From positions 4,960,001 through 5,024,000 of the forward strand of contig OZ241986.1 of the NCBI GenBank assembly GCA_965204375.1: a stretch of 64,000 nt of DNA. The letters run 5' to 3'. Each line of letters starts with the position of its first letter. Position 1 is the first letter of the stretch. The stretch comes from Candidatus Latescibacterota bacterium. GTDB taxonomy: Bacteria > Latescibacterota > UBA2968. Both the position numbers and the translations under genes were made by a program. The notes below the pieces were generated by a model. That model did not search any database. It was not told the DNA's origin and was given only the letters and a program-made list of their open reading frames with translations. Positions 16,142-27,634 of this stretch are shown piece by piece.

Positions 16142-18487
16142 TTAGCGCTCCCTTCTCTCACCCTGCCTCCCGCGCCTACCCTGCCGCACATCATCACCCT
16201 GATTCCCCCGTTGTCTCTCAGCTACCTGCGGCGGTTCCAACCTGAAAATCGCCTCGCGTTTCACGGATTGACCACTCGCCAAATCCGTCACTTCAACCTC
16301 GACCTGATTGAGGCCCAGGATCATCTTTTTTGAATCCAACTCCAGATGGATCGGCTCCCACACATCTCGCCCCACATGCTCATAACTCACCGCCACCTGT
16401 GGTTTTCTACCCCTCGCCATCAATCTTTTGAATCCCCCACTCAACAGTCCAAAAATCGAAGCCCCCGACCGCACATCCTGCTGAATCGTATAGGACACCT
16501 TGTATCGCGTCTGCCCAAATTCATCGCGTTGCAAATTATAGACCTCGTAATAGACAAACACACTGCGATCATTCACAAAACTGCGCGACGGCATCGGCAT
16601 CACCCACACATCGCCCTTGAGGTACTTGTCGTGAAACCTCTCCTCATCACCAATGGACCACGCCAGCTCCAGATCGCTCATCGCCAGCGAATCGGAAAAT
16701 ACCGGCGCTTCCAGATCCTGCACATAAACCCCCCACTTACCCGAATGCACATCGGTCAAATGCACCGCCATGCGATAGGTACCAGGTGGCACTTCCAGAT
16801 AAGCCACATCGGGCACAAATGTCCCTCTCTTCAACCGCCTGGAATCAATACCCCCAAAATACAAATCATCCCGCGTCCGAAACACCTCCTCACCCTCATC
16901 GTCTGAAATCACCACCGAACGGCGCACATGCCCATTCTCATTTTCAATACCCACCTCCAGCGTCGGCACCCCGTAATACACCTCGACCCCGGTCTTGCCC
17001 TCTTCTCCTCTAAAACGCGCCACATCGTAATAAAACTCCAGCGGTTCAATCCCCGGCGGCAAATCAAAATACTCCGGCGTTGAAGCCACCACATCGTTCA
17101 ACACAACGCCCGGATGGGATCGCAAAAGCGCGGACAGCCGTTCGACCGACATGCGCGTACCATCTGGCAGCGGGGGAAACTGCCACTTGCCATTGAGCAA
17201 CTCATCCACAAAAACAAACTCCACACCGCCGCCAACCTGCGTGTAAATCCACGACTCCCACGGCATCGAACGCTCGTTAAACGCGACGGGATAAACAGGT
17301 TCAATTAGATTAATATCCTCGTAATCCTCAACCGGCAGTTCATCATCCACACCGCCAAAAAACGACTCCGCAGTCATTTCACCCGACTCTACAAAACCAC
17401 CCTCAATATCCAGAGCCAATCGCTCCTTCACCGCCTCAGCCTCGGCACTCGGCACCGCATTAGGGGCGTGCGAACGCGACCGATAATCCGGCTCGCCATA
17501 CCGAATATACACCTCGCCACGCCTGTCCCACGGCTGCACAGCTTTTGCAAAATGCGTCCGCGCGAACCACACCCGGCGATAGTGTTCTGCCTCACGCGCA
17601 AGACCACCCGATATCAGCGTCAAATCGCGCTTGCGCCAAAACGTCGTCAAAAACGCTGCGCGTTCATCTTCTGATAGCGATTCATATTCTTGCAACTCCT
17701 CCGGCCTTGCCACCAACTGCAAATCTTTGTAGAGCGCCCGTTCTTCTGCCGGAATCGCATCGAAATACTGCGCGAACAACGCCAACGCCCGATCCGGATC
17801 GCCCAGACCCGCATAAGCTTGTGCAACCAGCGCCAACAGCCGCGCTTCTCCTGGATTCTTCGCCAACGCTGTCTCGCCAATCTCAACGACAGACCGATAC
17901 TTGTGCTCCTCCGTATAAGACACCGCCAATCCATAAAGCGCCTCGAGATCATCCGGCCTCAGCCTCAAATACTTTTCGTACAACAGGCGGTGTTCACCGT
18001 AATACATCTCGTAATTGTTATTCACATACCAATCCGCCAACTCCAGATACACCGGCGCGTAATCCGGTGCCATTTCAATCACGCGGCGAAACGCATCCTC
18101 AGCATCCAGGTCGCGCAGCATTACCTTTGCCCGCGCCAGATACAACTCGGCATCTATCGACTTCGGGTCCTTTGCCCGCGCCATCCGAAAATACGGCAAC
18201 CCCTGACGCGCCCGCGTTGGTCCCCGCGCCATATACACCCGTCCCAACCCCACATAAGCCTCCGCCGACTCGGCATACCGAATGCCCTTGCGAAACGCAT
18301 TATCTGCCTTATCAATCTCCCCCGCATTGAGATACAAATTGCCCAACCTGACCCATGCATCGCCATCTTTGGGCGAAGCTTTCACAGCTTCCTCCAAAAC
18401 AGACAGCGAATCCACCACCTCTGAAGTCGCCCGCCCGGGTAATATCAGAAGCAAAATAATCCACAAATTCAGTATCAAATATCTCAC
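16142..18487 (-). CDS. TPR-repeat plus GWxTD-domain exported protein
   Basis: Signal peptide, TPR-like helical repeats, FW..RD...EHYRRV..A...F...WDRRGEVYIRYGEPD motif. Confidence 0.8.
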   Translation of the reverse strand: MRYLILNLWIILLLILPGRATSEVVDSLSVLEEAVKASPKDGDAWVRLGNLYLNAGEIDKADNAFRKGIRYAESAEAYVGLGRVYMARGPTRARQGLPYFRMARAKDPKSIDAELYLARAKVMLRDLDAEDAFRRVIEMAPDYAPVYLELADWYVNNNYEMYYGEHRLLYEKYLRLRPDDLEALYGLAVSYTEEHKYRSVVEIGETALAKNPGEARLLALVAQAYAGLGDPDRALALFAQYFDAIPAEERALYKDLQLVARPEELQEYESLSEDERAAFLTTFWRKRDLTLISGGLAREAEHYRRVWFARTHFAKAVQPWDRRGEVYIRYGEPDYRSRSHAPNAVPSAEAEAVKERLALDIEGGFVESGEMTAESFFGGVDDELPVEDYEDINLIEPVYPVAFNERSMPWESWIYTQVGGGVEFVFVDELLNGKWQFPPLPDGTRMSVERLSALLRSHPGVVLNDVVASTPEYFDLPPGIEPLEFYYDVARFRGEEGKTGVEVYYGVPTLEVGIENENGHVRRSVVISDDEGEEVFRTRDDLYFGGIDSRRLKRGTFVPDVAYLEVPPGTYRMAVHLTDVHSGKWGVYVQDLEAPVFSDSLAMSDLELAWSIGDEERFHDKYLKGDVWVMPMPSRSFVNDRSVFVYYEVYNLQRDEFGQTRYKVSYTIQQDVRSGASIFGLLSGGFKRLMARGRKPQVAVSYEHVGRDVWEPIHLELDSKKMILGLNQVEVEVTDLASGQSVKREAIFRLEPPQVAERQRGNQGDDVRQGRRGRQGERRER

Positions 18488-18669
18488 GTCAACTCCGTTG
18501 TAAAAATTTTCGAGAATCTTCCCACCGCTCTCATAAATACCCTATTCTCCCCATTTGCACAAGTGCAAATCTTTTATTGAACTTTATGACGGATTGGGAG
18601 ACATACGGGTTCCCGCCTGCACAATAAAATCCTCATACGATTTATTTTTTATAACACAACGCCTTTTGC

Positions 18670-18698
18670 TTGACAATTAAAAACGCTTATAATAAATT
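18670..18698 (+). promoter_or_regulatory. Sigma-70-type promoter upstream of the nqr operon
   Basis: TTGACA-N17-TAAATT. Confidence 0.55.
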
Positions 18699-18807
18699 TA
18701 TTTGCAAACAAGAAAACTATTGCATTTTTGAACAACACATCTGTTCTTTTTTGGATTACGATGGATTTGTTTCCAATGCCTGCAGATGCTTATAGCACCT
18801 GCAAAAT

Positions 18808-18874
18808 AGCAACTGCACTGTCTGTCCTCCCCCTTGTTTATTAAGGCCATTTGACAGTTGTGGTTGCTTTTTTT
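18808..18874 (+). terminator. Terminator-like hairpin in the nqrA leader
   Basis: AGCAACTGCACTGTC/GACAGTTGTGGTTGCT stem with two G-U pairs and one bulge, then T7, ending 22 nt before the nqrA ATG. Confidence 0.55.
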
Positions 18875-18896
18875 ATTGCAAAATCACGAGGACCTC

Positions 18897-20249
18897 ATGG
18901 CATTGACAAAAATTAAACAAGGGCTCGACCTTCCCATTAGCGGCGTACCCGATCAATCCACAGTACAAAATGGCAAGCCCGTCCAGACCGTGGCACTCTC
19001 AGGTGAAGATTACGTGGGCATGCGTCCCACAATAGTGGCTCAAGTGGGAGACCGCGTCAAACTCGGCGATGTATTGTTCACCGACAAAAAAATGGAAGGT
19101 GTTCTCTACACCTCACCCGGTGCAGGCGAGGTAATCTCCATAAATCGGGGAATAAAACGCGCCTTCTTATCGACGGTCATCCGCCTGGAAGGCGACGATG
19201 AAATCACCTTTGAATCCCATCGAGAAGATGAAATCGACAACCTGAGCCGGGAAACCGTCAAAGAACAACTCATCTCATCGGGACAGTGGACCGCCCTGAG
19301 AGCGCGGCCATTTGGCAAAGTAGCCGACCCCGCGACCGAGGCGAATTCCATCTTTGTCAACGCTATGGACACCAATCCTCTCTCCCCGGACATGGCGCGT
19401 GTATTAGCCGGACAGGAAAACAATTTCGCATTGGGCCTCAAAATCGTCTCAAAACTCCTGGATGGGACAATTTTTCTCTGCAGAGACCCGGAATTGGACC
19501 TGCCTGAAATCGACGATGACCGCATCCAGGTCGAAGAATTTACCGGTCCCCACCCCGCTGGATTGGTCGGTACACACATCCACTTCTTAGACCCTGTTCA
19601 CCGCAACAAAACAGTCTGGCACATCGGCCTTCAGGATGTCATAGCCTGGGGGCATCTGTTTACAACCGGGCGGATTATGACCGAACGCATCGTCGCTCTG
19701 AGCGGCCCCACCGTGAAACACCCCAAACTGATCCGCACGCGGATGGGTGCTTCAATAATGGACCTGGTAGAAGGCGAACTCGAAGACGTCGAAAACCGAA
19801 TCATCAGCGGCTCTGTTCTCTCCGGGCGCAAAGCAGACGATGTCCGCGCCTTTTTGGGGCGGTATCACCAGCAAATTACCGCACTTGAAGAAGGCAACAA
19901 ACGCGCCTTTTTGGGCTGGATCACGCCGGGATTCGAATTTTTCACCATCAAGAATCTGGCACTGTCCAAAATGTTCTTCGGCCAACGCCTCAAATTAAAC
20001 ACCTCCACCAATGGCAGCCATCGCGCACTCGTGCCGCATGGCAATTACGACGACGTCATGCCGCTGGACATCTTGCCCAACTTTTTGATTCGGGCACTCG
20101 TGACCCGCGACCTCGACGACGCCGAAAAACTCGGCATTCTGGAATTGGAGGAAGAAGACCTATCACTATGCACATTTTCGTGTTCGTCAAAAATGGATTT
20201 TGGGCCTATTTTGCGCGAAAACCTCACCGAAATTGAAAAGGAAGGATAG
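18897..20249 (+). CDS. nqrA: Na+-translocating NADH:quinone reductase subunit A
   Basis: [31 protein letters not shown]; first gene of the canonical operon. Confidence 0.95.
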   Translation: MALTKIKQGLDLPISGVPDQSTVQNGKPVQTVALSGEDYVGMRPTIVAQVGDRVKLGDVLFTDKKMEGVLYTSPGAGEVISINRGIKRAFLSTVIRLEGDDEITFESHREDEIDNLSRETVKEQLISSGQWTALRARPFGKVADPATEANSIFVNAMDTNPLSPDMARVLAGQENNFALGLKIVSKLLDGTIFLCRDPELDLPEIDDDRIQVEEFTGPHPAGLVGTHIHFLDPVHRNKTVWHIGLQDVIAWGHLFTTGRIMTERIVALSGPTVKHPKLIRTRMGASIMDLVEGELEDVENRIISGSVLSGRKADDVRAFLGRYHQQITALEEGNKRAFLGWITPGFEFFTIKNLALSKMFFGQRLKLNTSTNGSHRALVPHGNYDDVMPLDILPNFLIRALVTRDLDDAEKLGILELEEEDLSLCTFSCSSKMDFGPILRENLTEIEKEG

Positions 20250-20258
20250 TACAGGAAA

Positions 20259-21458
20259 GTGAAGCCCCTACGCGATTTATTGGACAAACAGGCAGAGCAC
20301 TTTGAAGAAGGCGGCAAGCTCGAAAAACTGTATCCATTTTACGAAGCCGGAGATACATTTTTATATACCCCCGGCGAGGTTACCCAGGCCGATGCCCATG
20401 TGCGCGACGGCATGGATTTGAAGCGCATGATGATCACGGTCGTCCTTTCGCTACAACCCTGTATTTTATTTGCCCTGTACAATACGGGCCTGCAAGCGAG
20501 CCTGGCCTATCAAAATATCGGCGCAATCGGCACTGGCGATTGGCACATCTGGCTCGCCCAGGCAATGGGCTTGTCTTTTCTGCCCTCCGATATACTCAGT
20601 TGTTTTGCGATTGGCGCCATTTATTTTGTACCCGTACAACTCGTAACCGTAGCCGCGGGTGGCTTATGCGAAGCCATCTTTGCAGTCATTCGCAAACACG
20701 AGATCAACGAGGGATTTCTCGTCACCAGCACGCTATTTCCCCTGACAATGCCGCCCTTGATTCCCCTGTGGCAGGTCGCTATAGGCATCATCTTTGGCGT
20801 TGTAATAGGCAAAGAAATATTCGGCGGCGTGGGAATGAACTTCTTAAACCCCGCGCTCACGGGCCGCGCATTTCTCTATTTTGCTTATCCCGCGCAAATC
20901 TCGGGCGATGCAGTCTGGATCGCCGTTGATGGATACAGCCAGGCAACACCACTGGCGGCCTATGCCGATACCCATATCCAGTTGGATTACACATGGTGGG
21001 AGTCCTTTATCGGTCTGATCCCGGGGTCCATGGGAGAAACCTCAACCCTTTGCTGTTTATTGGGTGCAGGCATCTTGATATTAACCCGCGTTGGCTCGTG
21101 GCAAATCATGGCCGGTGTAACCATCGGCATGATTGTATCCGCACTATTTTTCAACTGGATCGGCAGCACCACCAATCCGCTACTCAACGTATCTCCAGCC
21201 TGGCATTTTGTCATCGGCGGCTTTGCATTTGGTACCGTATTTATGGCAACCGATCCCGTCAGCGCAACCATGACGCGCCAGGGCAAATGGGTCTATGGCA
21301 TTTTAATAGGCGTGATGACCGTATTGATCCGCGTGACCAACCCGGCCTATCCCGAAGGCATCATGCTGGCCATATTATTCGCCAACGTATTCGCGCCCAT
21401 TATTGACCGCGTCTTTATCAACCGCAATATCCAAAGGAGACTGGCCCGTGCAGAATGA
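20259..21458 (+). CDS. nqrB: Na+-NQR subunit B
   Basis: [15 protein letters not shown] site SQAT, GSMGETS. Confidence 0.95.
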   Translation: MKPLRDLLDKQAEHFEEGGKLEKLYPFYEAGDTFLYTPGEVTQADAHVRDGMDLKRMMITVVLSLQPCILFALYNTGLQASLAYQNIGAIGTGDWHIWLAQAMGLSFLPSDILSCFAIGAIYFVPVQLVTVAAGGLCEAIFAVIRKHEINEGFLVTSTLFPLTMPPLIPLWQVAIGIIFGVVIGKEIFGGVGMNFLNPALTGRAFLYFAYPAQISGDAVWIAVDGYSQATPLAAYADTHIQLDYTWWESFIGLIPGSMGETSTLCCLLGAGILILTRVGSWQIMAGVTIGMIVSALFFNWIGSTTNPLLNVSPAWHFVIGGFAFGTVFMATDPVSATMTRQGKWVYGILIGVMTVLIRVTNPAYPEGIMLAILFANVFAPIIDRVFINRNIQRRLARAE

Positions 21459-22245
21459 CAGCATCCAAAAAACGATCTTTGTTGCGGTGGCCCTTTGTCT
21501 GGTCTGTTCTCTTTTTGTTTCTCTGACTGCTGTGTCCTTGCACGATATCCAGAAAGAAAACAAACGCCTCGACAAGGTAAAAAATATTTTGATTGCGGGT
21601 GGTTTATACGATCCCTCGGTCGATGTGCAGTCCGTTTACGAAAAAAAGGTCGTACCACTGCTTATTGAACTGGACACGGGGCAGATCTTGAACAACGAAG
21701 AATATCCCGATGGCATCGACGCAGATACGTATGACTTAAAGAAAATGGCCGCCGATCCCACTTTTGGGCGTTCTGTTGATGCGGGCAAAGACATTGCAAA
21801 TATTCGCAACCGTCCGAGATACATCTTCGTCTATAAAGTGATGGAAAACGACAAATTGCAGCGCATTATCTTGCCCATCTACGGCTATGGCCTCTGGTCC
21901 ACGCTCTACGGTTTTGTATCTCTGGGCAATGACTTGCAAAGCATTCAGGGCATCACATTTTACGAACATGGCGAAACCCCGGGATTGGGTGGCGAGGTGG
22001 ATAACGCCAGATGGAAGGGATTATGGCCCGGCAAACAGGCTTTTGACGATGTGGGCAATGTGGCGATTTCTGTAATCAAAGGCCAGGTAAATCCCAAAAG
22101 TGCAAAAGCAAAATACCAGGTCGATGGCCTCTCGGGTGCGACCATCACCACGCGGGGATTAGACAGTATGCTAAAATATTGGTTGGGCAACGAAGGATAC
22201 GGTCGATTTTTAAATACGCTAAAACAAGGGGGTGTTCGTGGCTGA
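21448..22245 (+). CDS. nqrC: Na+-NQR subunit C
   Basis: GYGLWS, ETPGLG, FMN site SGAT. GTG start. Confidence 0.93.
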   Translation: MQNDSIQKTIFVAVALCLVCSLFVSLTAVSLHDIQKENKRLDKVKNILIAGGLYDPSVDVQSVYEKKVVPLLIELDTGQILNNEEYPDGIDADTYDLKKMAADPTFGRSVDAGKDIANIRNRPRYIFVYKVMENDKLQRIILPIYGYGLWSTLYGFVSLGNDLQSIQGITFYEHGETPGLGGEVDNARWKGLWPGKQAFDDVGNVAISVIKGQVNPKSAKAKYQVDGLSGATITTRGLDSMLKYWLGNEGYGRFLNTLKQGGVRG

Positions 22246-22921
22246 AGTGATCGAAAGGGAAGAACAAGCGCCAGAAGTGCCACCATCTCCGTCTCTGACG
22301 GCGAAAGAAGCCAAAAGCCTGTTATGGACGCCCGTCTTTGATGACAATCCAATCGGGCGTCAGGTATTGGGAGTTTGTTCGGCACTCGCGGTAACCACAA
22401 AGCTGGAAACCTCAATCGTCATGTCTATGGCGGTCATTTTTGTTATGGCGCTTTCCAATATATCGGTAAGCCTGATCAGAAATCACATTCCGTCCAGCGT
22501 GCGCATCATCGTTCAAATGACCATTATTGCCGCGCTTGTGATTATCGCCGACGAAGCGATCCAGGCATTTGCTTACAATATATCCAAGCAATTGTCGATC
22601 TTTGTCGGACTGATCATTACCAACTGCATCATCATGGGACGCGCCGAAGGGTTTGCAATGAAAAATCCCCCCACGCACAGCTTATTAGATGGCCTGGGAA
22701 ATGGATTTGGTTACAGCACCATCTTGATTGTGGTGGGCTTTTTCCGCGAACTTTTGGGATCGGGTAAACTTCTGGGCGTTGACGTTTTGCCACTCGTCAC
22801 CGAGGGCGGCTGGTACATGCCCAACGGCTTGATGTTGCTATCGCCGAGTGCGTTTTTCTTAATCGGGTTCTTCATCTGGGTTGTGCGAGCGTGGAAACCC
22901 GAGCAAGTGGAAGAGGATTAA
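22238..22921 (+). CDS. nqrD: Na+-NQR subunit D
   Basis: [23 protein letters not shown]. Confidence 0.95.
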   Translation: MAEVIEREEQAPEVPPSPSLTAKEAKSLLWTPVFDDNPIGRQVLGVCSALAVTTKLETSIVMSMAVIFVMALSNISVSLIRNHIPSSVRIIVQMTIIAALVIIADEAIQAFAYNISKQLSIFVGLIITNCIIMGRAEGFAMKNPPTHSLLDGLGNGFGYSTILIVVGFFRELLGSGKLLGVDVLPLVTEGGWYMPNGLMLLSPSAFFLIGFFIWVVRAWKPEQVEED

Positions 22922-22922
22922 A

Positions 22923-23534
22923 ATGGCCGAACACTATATCAGCTTATTTGTCAAAGCTGTTTTTGTCGAAAATATGGCCCTCGCTTTCTTCCTGGGCATG
23001 TGTACATATCTCGCTGTCTCCAAACAGGTGACAACCGCTGTCGGCCTGGGCATTGCGGTGATTGTGGTGCAGACGATTACCGTGCCGATCAACAATTTAA
23101 TTTTTACCCATGTCCTGACCGAAGGTGCGCTCGCCTGGGCGGGTTTGCCAAATGTGGATCTCACATTTTTGGGCCTGGTCACATATATCGGCGTCATCGC
23201 CGCGATGATTCAAATACTGGAAATGGTACTGGACAAATACGTACCCACCCTGTACAACGCCCTGGGCATATTCTTACCCCTGATCACAGTGAACTGCGCC
23301 ATCTTGGGCGGTTCACTCCTGATGGTTGAGCGCGACTTTAACTTTCCCGAAAGTGTCGTCTTTGGACTGGGCAGTGGCACGGGTTGGGCACTCGCCATTG
23401 TCGGGTTGGCGGGCATACGCGAAAAAATGAAATACAGCAATGTACCCCCTGCATTGCGTGGGCTGGGCATTACATTTATGACCGTGGGATTGATGGCAAT
23501 GGCATTTATGCTCTTTTCGGGGATTCAACTTTAG
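22923..23534 (+). CDS. nqrE: Na+-NQR subunit E
   Basis: [22 protein letters not shown]. Confidence 0.95.
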   Translation: MAEHYISLFVKAVFVENMALAFFLGMCTYLAVSKQVTTAVGLGIAVIVVQTITVPINNLIFTHVLTEGALAWAGLPNVDLTFLGLVTYIGVIAAMIQILEMVLDKYVPTLYNALGIFLPLITVNCAILGGSLLMVERDFNFPESVVFGLGSGTGWALAIVGLAGIREKMKYSNVPPALRGLGITFMTVGLMAMAFMLFSGIQL

Positions 23535-23557
23535 ATCCAGGCAAGCGTGGAGATAAT

Positions 23558-24808
23558 ATGGAAGACGTAAGGCTGATTTTACTCGGTGTAGGAATGTTCA
23601 CGACCATTGTACTGATGCTGGTAGCGGTTATACTCATTGCCAGGTCGCGACTGGTTGCCTCAGGACAGGCACACATCACCATCAATGACGACCCAGACCA
23701 CAGCATTTCGGTTCCCATGGGCGGCAAATTGCTCAACACATTGGCCGATAATAGAATTTTTGTATCTTCCGCCTGTGGCGGCGGCGGCACCTGTGGACAG
23801 TGCAAAGTGACGGTCAACGATGGCGGCGGCGATATCTTATCTACCGAACTATCGCACATCAACCGCAAAGAAGCGCGGGAAGGGTGTCGGCTTTCGTGCC
23901 AGGTCACAGTGAAGGGCGATATGGATATCGAAGTGCCTGCCGAAGTATTTAGCATCAAAAAGTGGGACTGCAAAGTAATTTCAAATTACAATGTCGCCAC
24001 ATTCATCAAAGAACTCGTTCTCGAACTGCCGCCAGGGGAAGACGTCGGGTTCCGAGCCGGTGGTTTTATTCAAATCGAATGCCCGCCCCACACCGTTGAT
24101 TACCGCAACTTCGATATCAAAGCCGCCGACGGCGAAGACCTCTTTAGAAGCACCTGGGATCATTTCAATGTATGGGACAATGTCTCGGTAGTTGATGAAC
24201 CCGTCTTCCGCGCGTACTCAATGGCGAATTATCCCGAAGAAAAAGGGATTATTATGCTCAACATCCGCGTGGCATCTCCGCCGCCGGGAACAACGGGCAT
24301 TCCGCCGGGCAAAATGTCGTCGTGGACTTTTGATCTAAAACCCGGCGATGACGTGACCATTTCGGGACCCTACGGCGAGTTCTTTGCCAAAGAAACCGAT
24401 GCCGAAATGATCTTCATCGGTGGCGGCGCGGGCATGGCGCCCATGCGGTCGCACATCTTCGATCAATTCAAACGCATTGAGACAGACCGCAAAGTAACCT
24501 TCTGGTACGGCGCGCGCAGCCTGAATGAAATGTTTTACGTCGAAGACTTCGACGGATTGCAGCGCGATTATGATAATTTTACGTGGCATGTCGCACTATC
24601 CGACCCCATGCCGGAAGATAATTGGACGGGCTTGACCGGATTTATTCACCAGGTACTCTACGATGAATACTTAAAAGATCATCCGGCACCCGAAGACTGT
24701 GAATATTATATCTGCGGTCCCCCGCTGATGTTGGTGGCATGCCTGGATATGCTGGACGATATGGGTGTGGAACCCGAGAATATCTTATTCGACGACTTTG
24801 GCGGGTAA
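23558..24808 (+). CDS. nqrF: Na+-NQR subunit F
   Basis: 2Fe-2S motif [10 protein letters not shown]...[19 protein letters not shown]-terminal DDFGG. Confidence 0.96.
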   Translation: MEDVRLILLGVGMFTTIVLMLVAVILIARSRLVASGQAHITINDDPDHSISVPMGGKLLNTLADNRIFVSSACGGGGTCGQCKVTVNDGGGDILSTELSHINRKEAREGCRLSCQVTVKGDMDIEVPAEVFSIKKWDCKVISNYNVATFIKELVLELPPGEDVGFRAGGFIQIECPPHTVDYRNFDIKAADGEDLFRSTWDHFNVWDNVSVVDEPVFRAYSMANYPEEKGIIMLNIRVASPPPGTTGIPPGKMSSWTFDLKPGDDVTISGPYGEFFAKETDAEMIFIGGGAGMAPMRSHIFDQFKRIETDRKVTFWYGARSLNEMFYVEDFDGLQRDYDNFTWHVALSDPMPEDNWTGLTGFIHQVLYDEYLKDHPAPEDCEYYICGPPLMLVACLDMLDDMGVEPENILFDDFGG

Positions 24809-24828
24809 TTTAAAAATTAAAAGTAATC

Positions 24829-24869
24829 AAAAAAAGTCTTCGGTTCATTCAGCAACCGAAGACTTTTTT
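24829..24869. terminator. Bidirectional terminator after nqrF
   Basis: A7-GTCTTCGGTT...AACCGAAGAC-T6. Confidence 0.85.
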
Positions 24870-24904
24870 GTCGGGTAGTTCTTCAGACACATAAACCTCC
24901 TGTG

Positions 24905-25351
24905 TTACGATGCCCGCCAATCCAGCGTGACAAAATCCTTGTATATCATCACTTCTTCCTCAGCATATTCCAACTTGGCCTTAACAATATCGCCAATCGA
25001 CACAATGCCAGCGAGCCCCGCCTCGTCAACAATCGGCATGTGACGGAATCGCCCCTCTGTCATCGCTGCCATCACATATTCGATATCGGAATCCGGATGG
25101 CTTGTAACAAGATCGCGCGTCATCACATCTTCAACGTGCATAGCCTGCAAATCCGCGCCATTATACACCTCGCGCATCAGATCGCGCTCAGTAATAATAC
25201 CGAGCAAATCCCCTGTTCGATTCTGCACGATAAGCGCACCCACGCTATTTTGAATCAGCGTAGCCAGTACCACATCCAATGTGTGATTAGGGGCAATCGT
25301 AATCACGCGGCGACCTTTTTGGTCGAGAATATCTTGAATGGTCATGATCAT
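24905..25351 (-). CDS. CBS-domain pair protein
   Basis: GIITERD and RFRHMPIV...GIVSIGDIVK. Confidence 0.9.
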   Translation of the reverse strand: MIMTIQDILDQKGRRVITIAPNHTLDVVLATLIQNSVGALIVQNRTGDLLGIITERDLMREVYNGADLQAMHVEDVMTRDLVTSHPDSDIEYVMAAMTEGRFRHMPIVDEAGLAGIVSIGDIVKAKLEYAEEEVMIYKDFVTLDWRAS

Positions 25352-25639
25352 ACCTCCATGAGTTCAGGTAAAAATTCCACGGGTTCAGGGACAAAAAAGC
25401 GGCCTCGATCAAAAGTGGTTCACAGTATGACTTCCCATCGGAGCCGCATAAATGCGTTGGTGGCATGGCCCTCCTCCTTGTGTGCGCGTTAGTTGTCAAA
25501 ACCAGCCCATCGAACAAATGCACAGGCTGTATGCCGAAAAATCTCCACCAAATATTTTATTGCACCCCAGCTACGAATCGGGTTTGGGCAACACAGTCAA
25601 CCTCCTCATTGAAATGTCGGATTATCCGCCATTTTGGAG

Positions 25640-25668
25640 AATATAAAGAGATTAAAACGCCGTGTCAA
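25640..25668 (-). promoter_or_regulatory. Sigma-70-type promoter about 290 bp upstream of the CBS gene
   Basis: TTGACA-N17-TATATT on the minus strand. Confidence 0.6.
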
Positions 25669-25862
25669 ATGAGTTTAATAATACTTGTGTAAATTATTGA
25701 AATTATTTATACTTACAGTGTGATCGGATTTTAAATTGTATTTTGGAGTAAAGCGATGGGAATAGTGTGCGTAATATAATTCCCAATTCCCATTCAGAAT
25801 CGCTAATACCTGAGACAGAGAGACACAGCTTTTAACACGACATTCGGGGCGTATGAAGGAAA

Positions 25863-26867
25863 ATGAACAGAATTTGGCGATGGGTTTTTCCAATCCTGTT
25901 AATCGGATGTCAGGATCAGATGGGAACGATTTCAGGTCCTACGATGGGAACGACATTTCAGGTAAAAATCGTCCAAAATAATATAACGCTCGACATAGAT
26001 GTATTGGAGCGAGAAATCAATACGCGATTGGAAGAAGTCAATCGCCAGATGTCCACTTATCAGGACAACTCCGAAATCACCCAATTCAATCGCTCGCGTT
26101 CAACAGACTGGTTTGCAGTCTCATCGGACTTTGCTTATGTTTTACATGTCGCTCGAGAAATCAGCACCTGGTCCGACGGCGCGTTTGACGTCACCATTGG
26201 GCCGCTGGTCAACCTGTGGGGCTTTGGACCTAACGCCATCCCCGAACGCGTACCTCCGCCCGACTCAATACAAGCTGCAAAAACACTGATCGGCTACAAA
26301 AAAATTCGCGTTGACCTATCTGCCCCCGCAATAAAAAAAGAATCGCCCGAAATCTATTGCGACTTATCCGCAATAGCCAAGGGATTTGGCGTAGATCGCA
26401 TAGCGAGTTATCTGGACAGTTTGGGCATCAATCACTATTTTATCGAGATCGGCGGAGAACTGCGGACAAAGGGACACAATCACTTGGGACAACTCTGGCG
26501 GATAGGCATTGCAAGTCCCGCGGGACAGGGTGAACTACAAAAAGCACTCGCTCTAAATAACCTGTCAATGGCCACCTCGGGCGATTACCACAACTATTTT
26601 GAACGCGACGGTGTGCGGTATTCCCACACGATTGACCCGCGCACAGGACGGTCAATAACGCACACTCTGGCCTCCGTATCAGTACTACACAAAAGTTGCG
26701 CCTATGCCGATGGATTGGCCACGGCGATCAATGTAATGGGACCAGAAACGGGATTTGCATTTGCAGAAAAACACAATCTCGCCGTATTTATGATTGTACG
26801 ACAGGGGGATGGGTTCGTGGAAAAAATGACGTTCGGCTTTGAGAAGATGTTACGAGAGGGGAAGTAA
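25863..26867 (+). CDS. apbE: FAD:protein FMN transferase (lipoprotein)
   Basis: Lipobox LLIGC, TMGT, DLSAIAKG, ATSGDY, HTIDPRTG; located next to nqr. Confidence 0.93.
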   Translation: MNRIWRWVFPILLIGCQDQMGTISGPTMGTTFQVKIVQNNITLDIDVLEREINTRLEEVNRQMSTYQDNSEITQFNRSRSTDWFAVSSDFAYVLHVAREISTWSDGAFDVTIGPLVNLWGFGPNAIPERVPPPDSIQAAKTLIGYKKIRVDLSAPAIKKESPEIYCDLSAIAKGFGVDRIASYLDSLGINHYFIEIGGELRTKGHNHLGQLWRIGIASPAGQGELQKALALNNLSMATSGDYHNYFERDGVRYSHTIDPRTGRSITHTLASVSVLHKSCAYADGLATAINVMGPETGFAFAEKHNLAVFMIVRQGDGFVEKMTFGFEKMLREGK

Positions 26868-26881
26868 GAAAGGACCCTACC

Positions 26882-27106
26882 ATGGAAACAATATTAACAG
26901 CGACAATCTTTCTCATCATAGCATTTGCGTTCATGGCGGGCGCGTTGACATTTGCGCAGTACAAGAAAAAGCAGCAAAGTTGTTGTGGCGACGTCTTGGA
27001 AACCCATGAACAGGATTTGGACGAGGACTCGGCGTGCTTTACATGCCCACGTCGCAAAAAAGCGGAAAAAGATCAGAACACCGTCTCCATCGCGGAAAAG
27101 GTGTGA
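26882..27106 (+). CDS. nqrM: NqrM-like Na+-NQR maturation protein
   Basis: Single N-terminal TM helix followed by a Cys cluster (SCCG...CFTC), immediately after apbE. Confidence 0.6.
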   Translation: METILTATIFLIIAFAFMAGALTFAQYKKKQQSCCGDVLETHEQDLDEDSACFTCPRRKKAEKDQNTVSIAEKV

Positions 27107-27109
27107 TAA

Positions 27110-27418
27110 TCAGCGCAGTGGCGGATGCCAGTCGAGTTGTCCATCTCTAACACGGCAGCGGGTCTCGCAGAGATTGTCATTGCGGTCTTTGTAAATAACT
27201 CTCCATTCGATGCTTGTTAATGCCAACAGATCCGGACGCTGATCCGCCCGGATTTTTTTTGTTTCCCTCACAATGCGTTCAATGCTCACAGCACGCCCTT
27301 CAATCTTGTGAATAGATAGGCGAATCTGTGTCACGTAGCGATTTCGCCAAACAAAATAATAGAGAAAAAATCCAAAAATAAGTGCAGTAAACAAATATGC
27401 GATCAGAATAGTTGACAC
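27110..27418 (-). CDS. Hypothetical small membrane-anchored protein
   Basis: GTG start behind AAAGG, one N-terminal hydrophobic helix, fills the intergenic gap. Confidence 0.5.
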   Translation of the reverse strand: MSTILIAYLFTALIFGFFLYYFVWRNRYVTQIRLSIHKIEGRAVSIERIVRETKKIRADQRPDLLALTSIEWRVIYKDRNDNLCETRCRVRDGQLDWHPPLR

Positions 27419-27634
27419 CGACTGTACCTTTCTATTAATTAATTCGTCTCTTATCCTTAAGATAGAACACAACGCGATATTTCGCTTGATTTTTTGCGTT
27501 AAAAAATATTAAATAAAACAGTTCGTACATTCACCCCATTTGGGCGAACGAATGGGTTTTTTGTGCCTTTCCTATAGAATGGGTGCTAACTGCTCAGGAC
27601 AGGACAGTCCCCTACGATTTCATCCGAGGTCTAT

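Noticed and set aside
18553-18570. Palindrome ATTTGCAC-AA-GTGCAAAT between the GWxTD gene and nqrA as a Rex or other operator
   Set aside because: Single occurrence and a poor fit to the Rex consensus; cannot be assigned.
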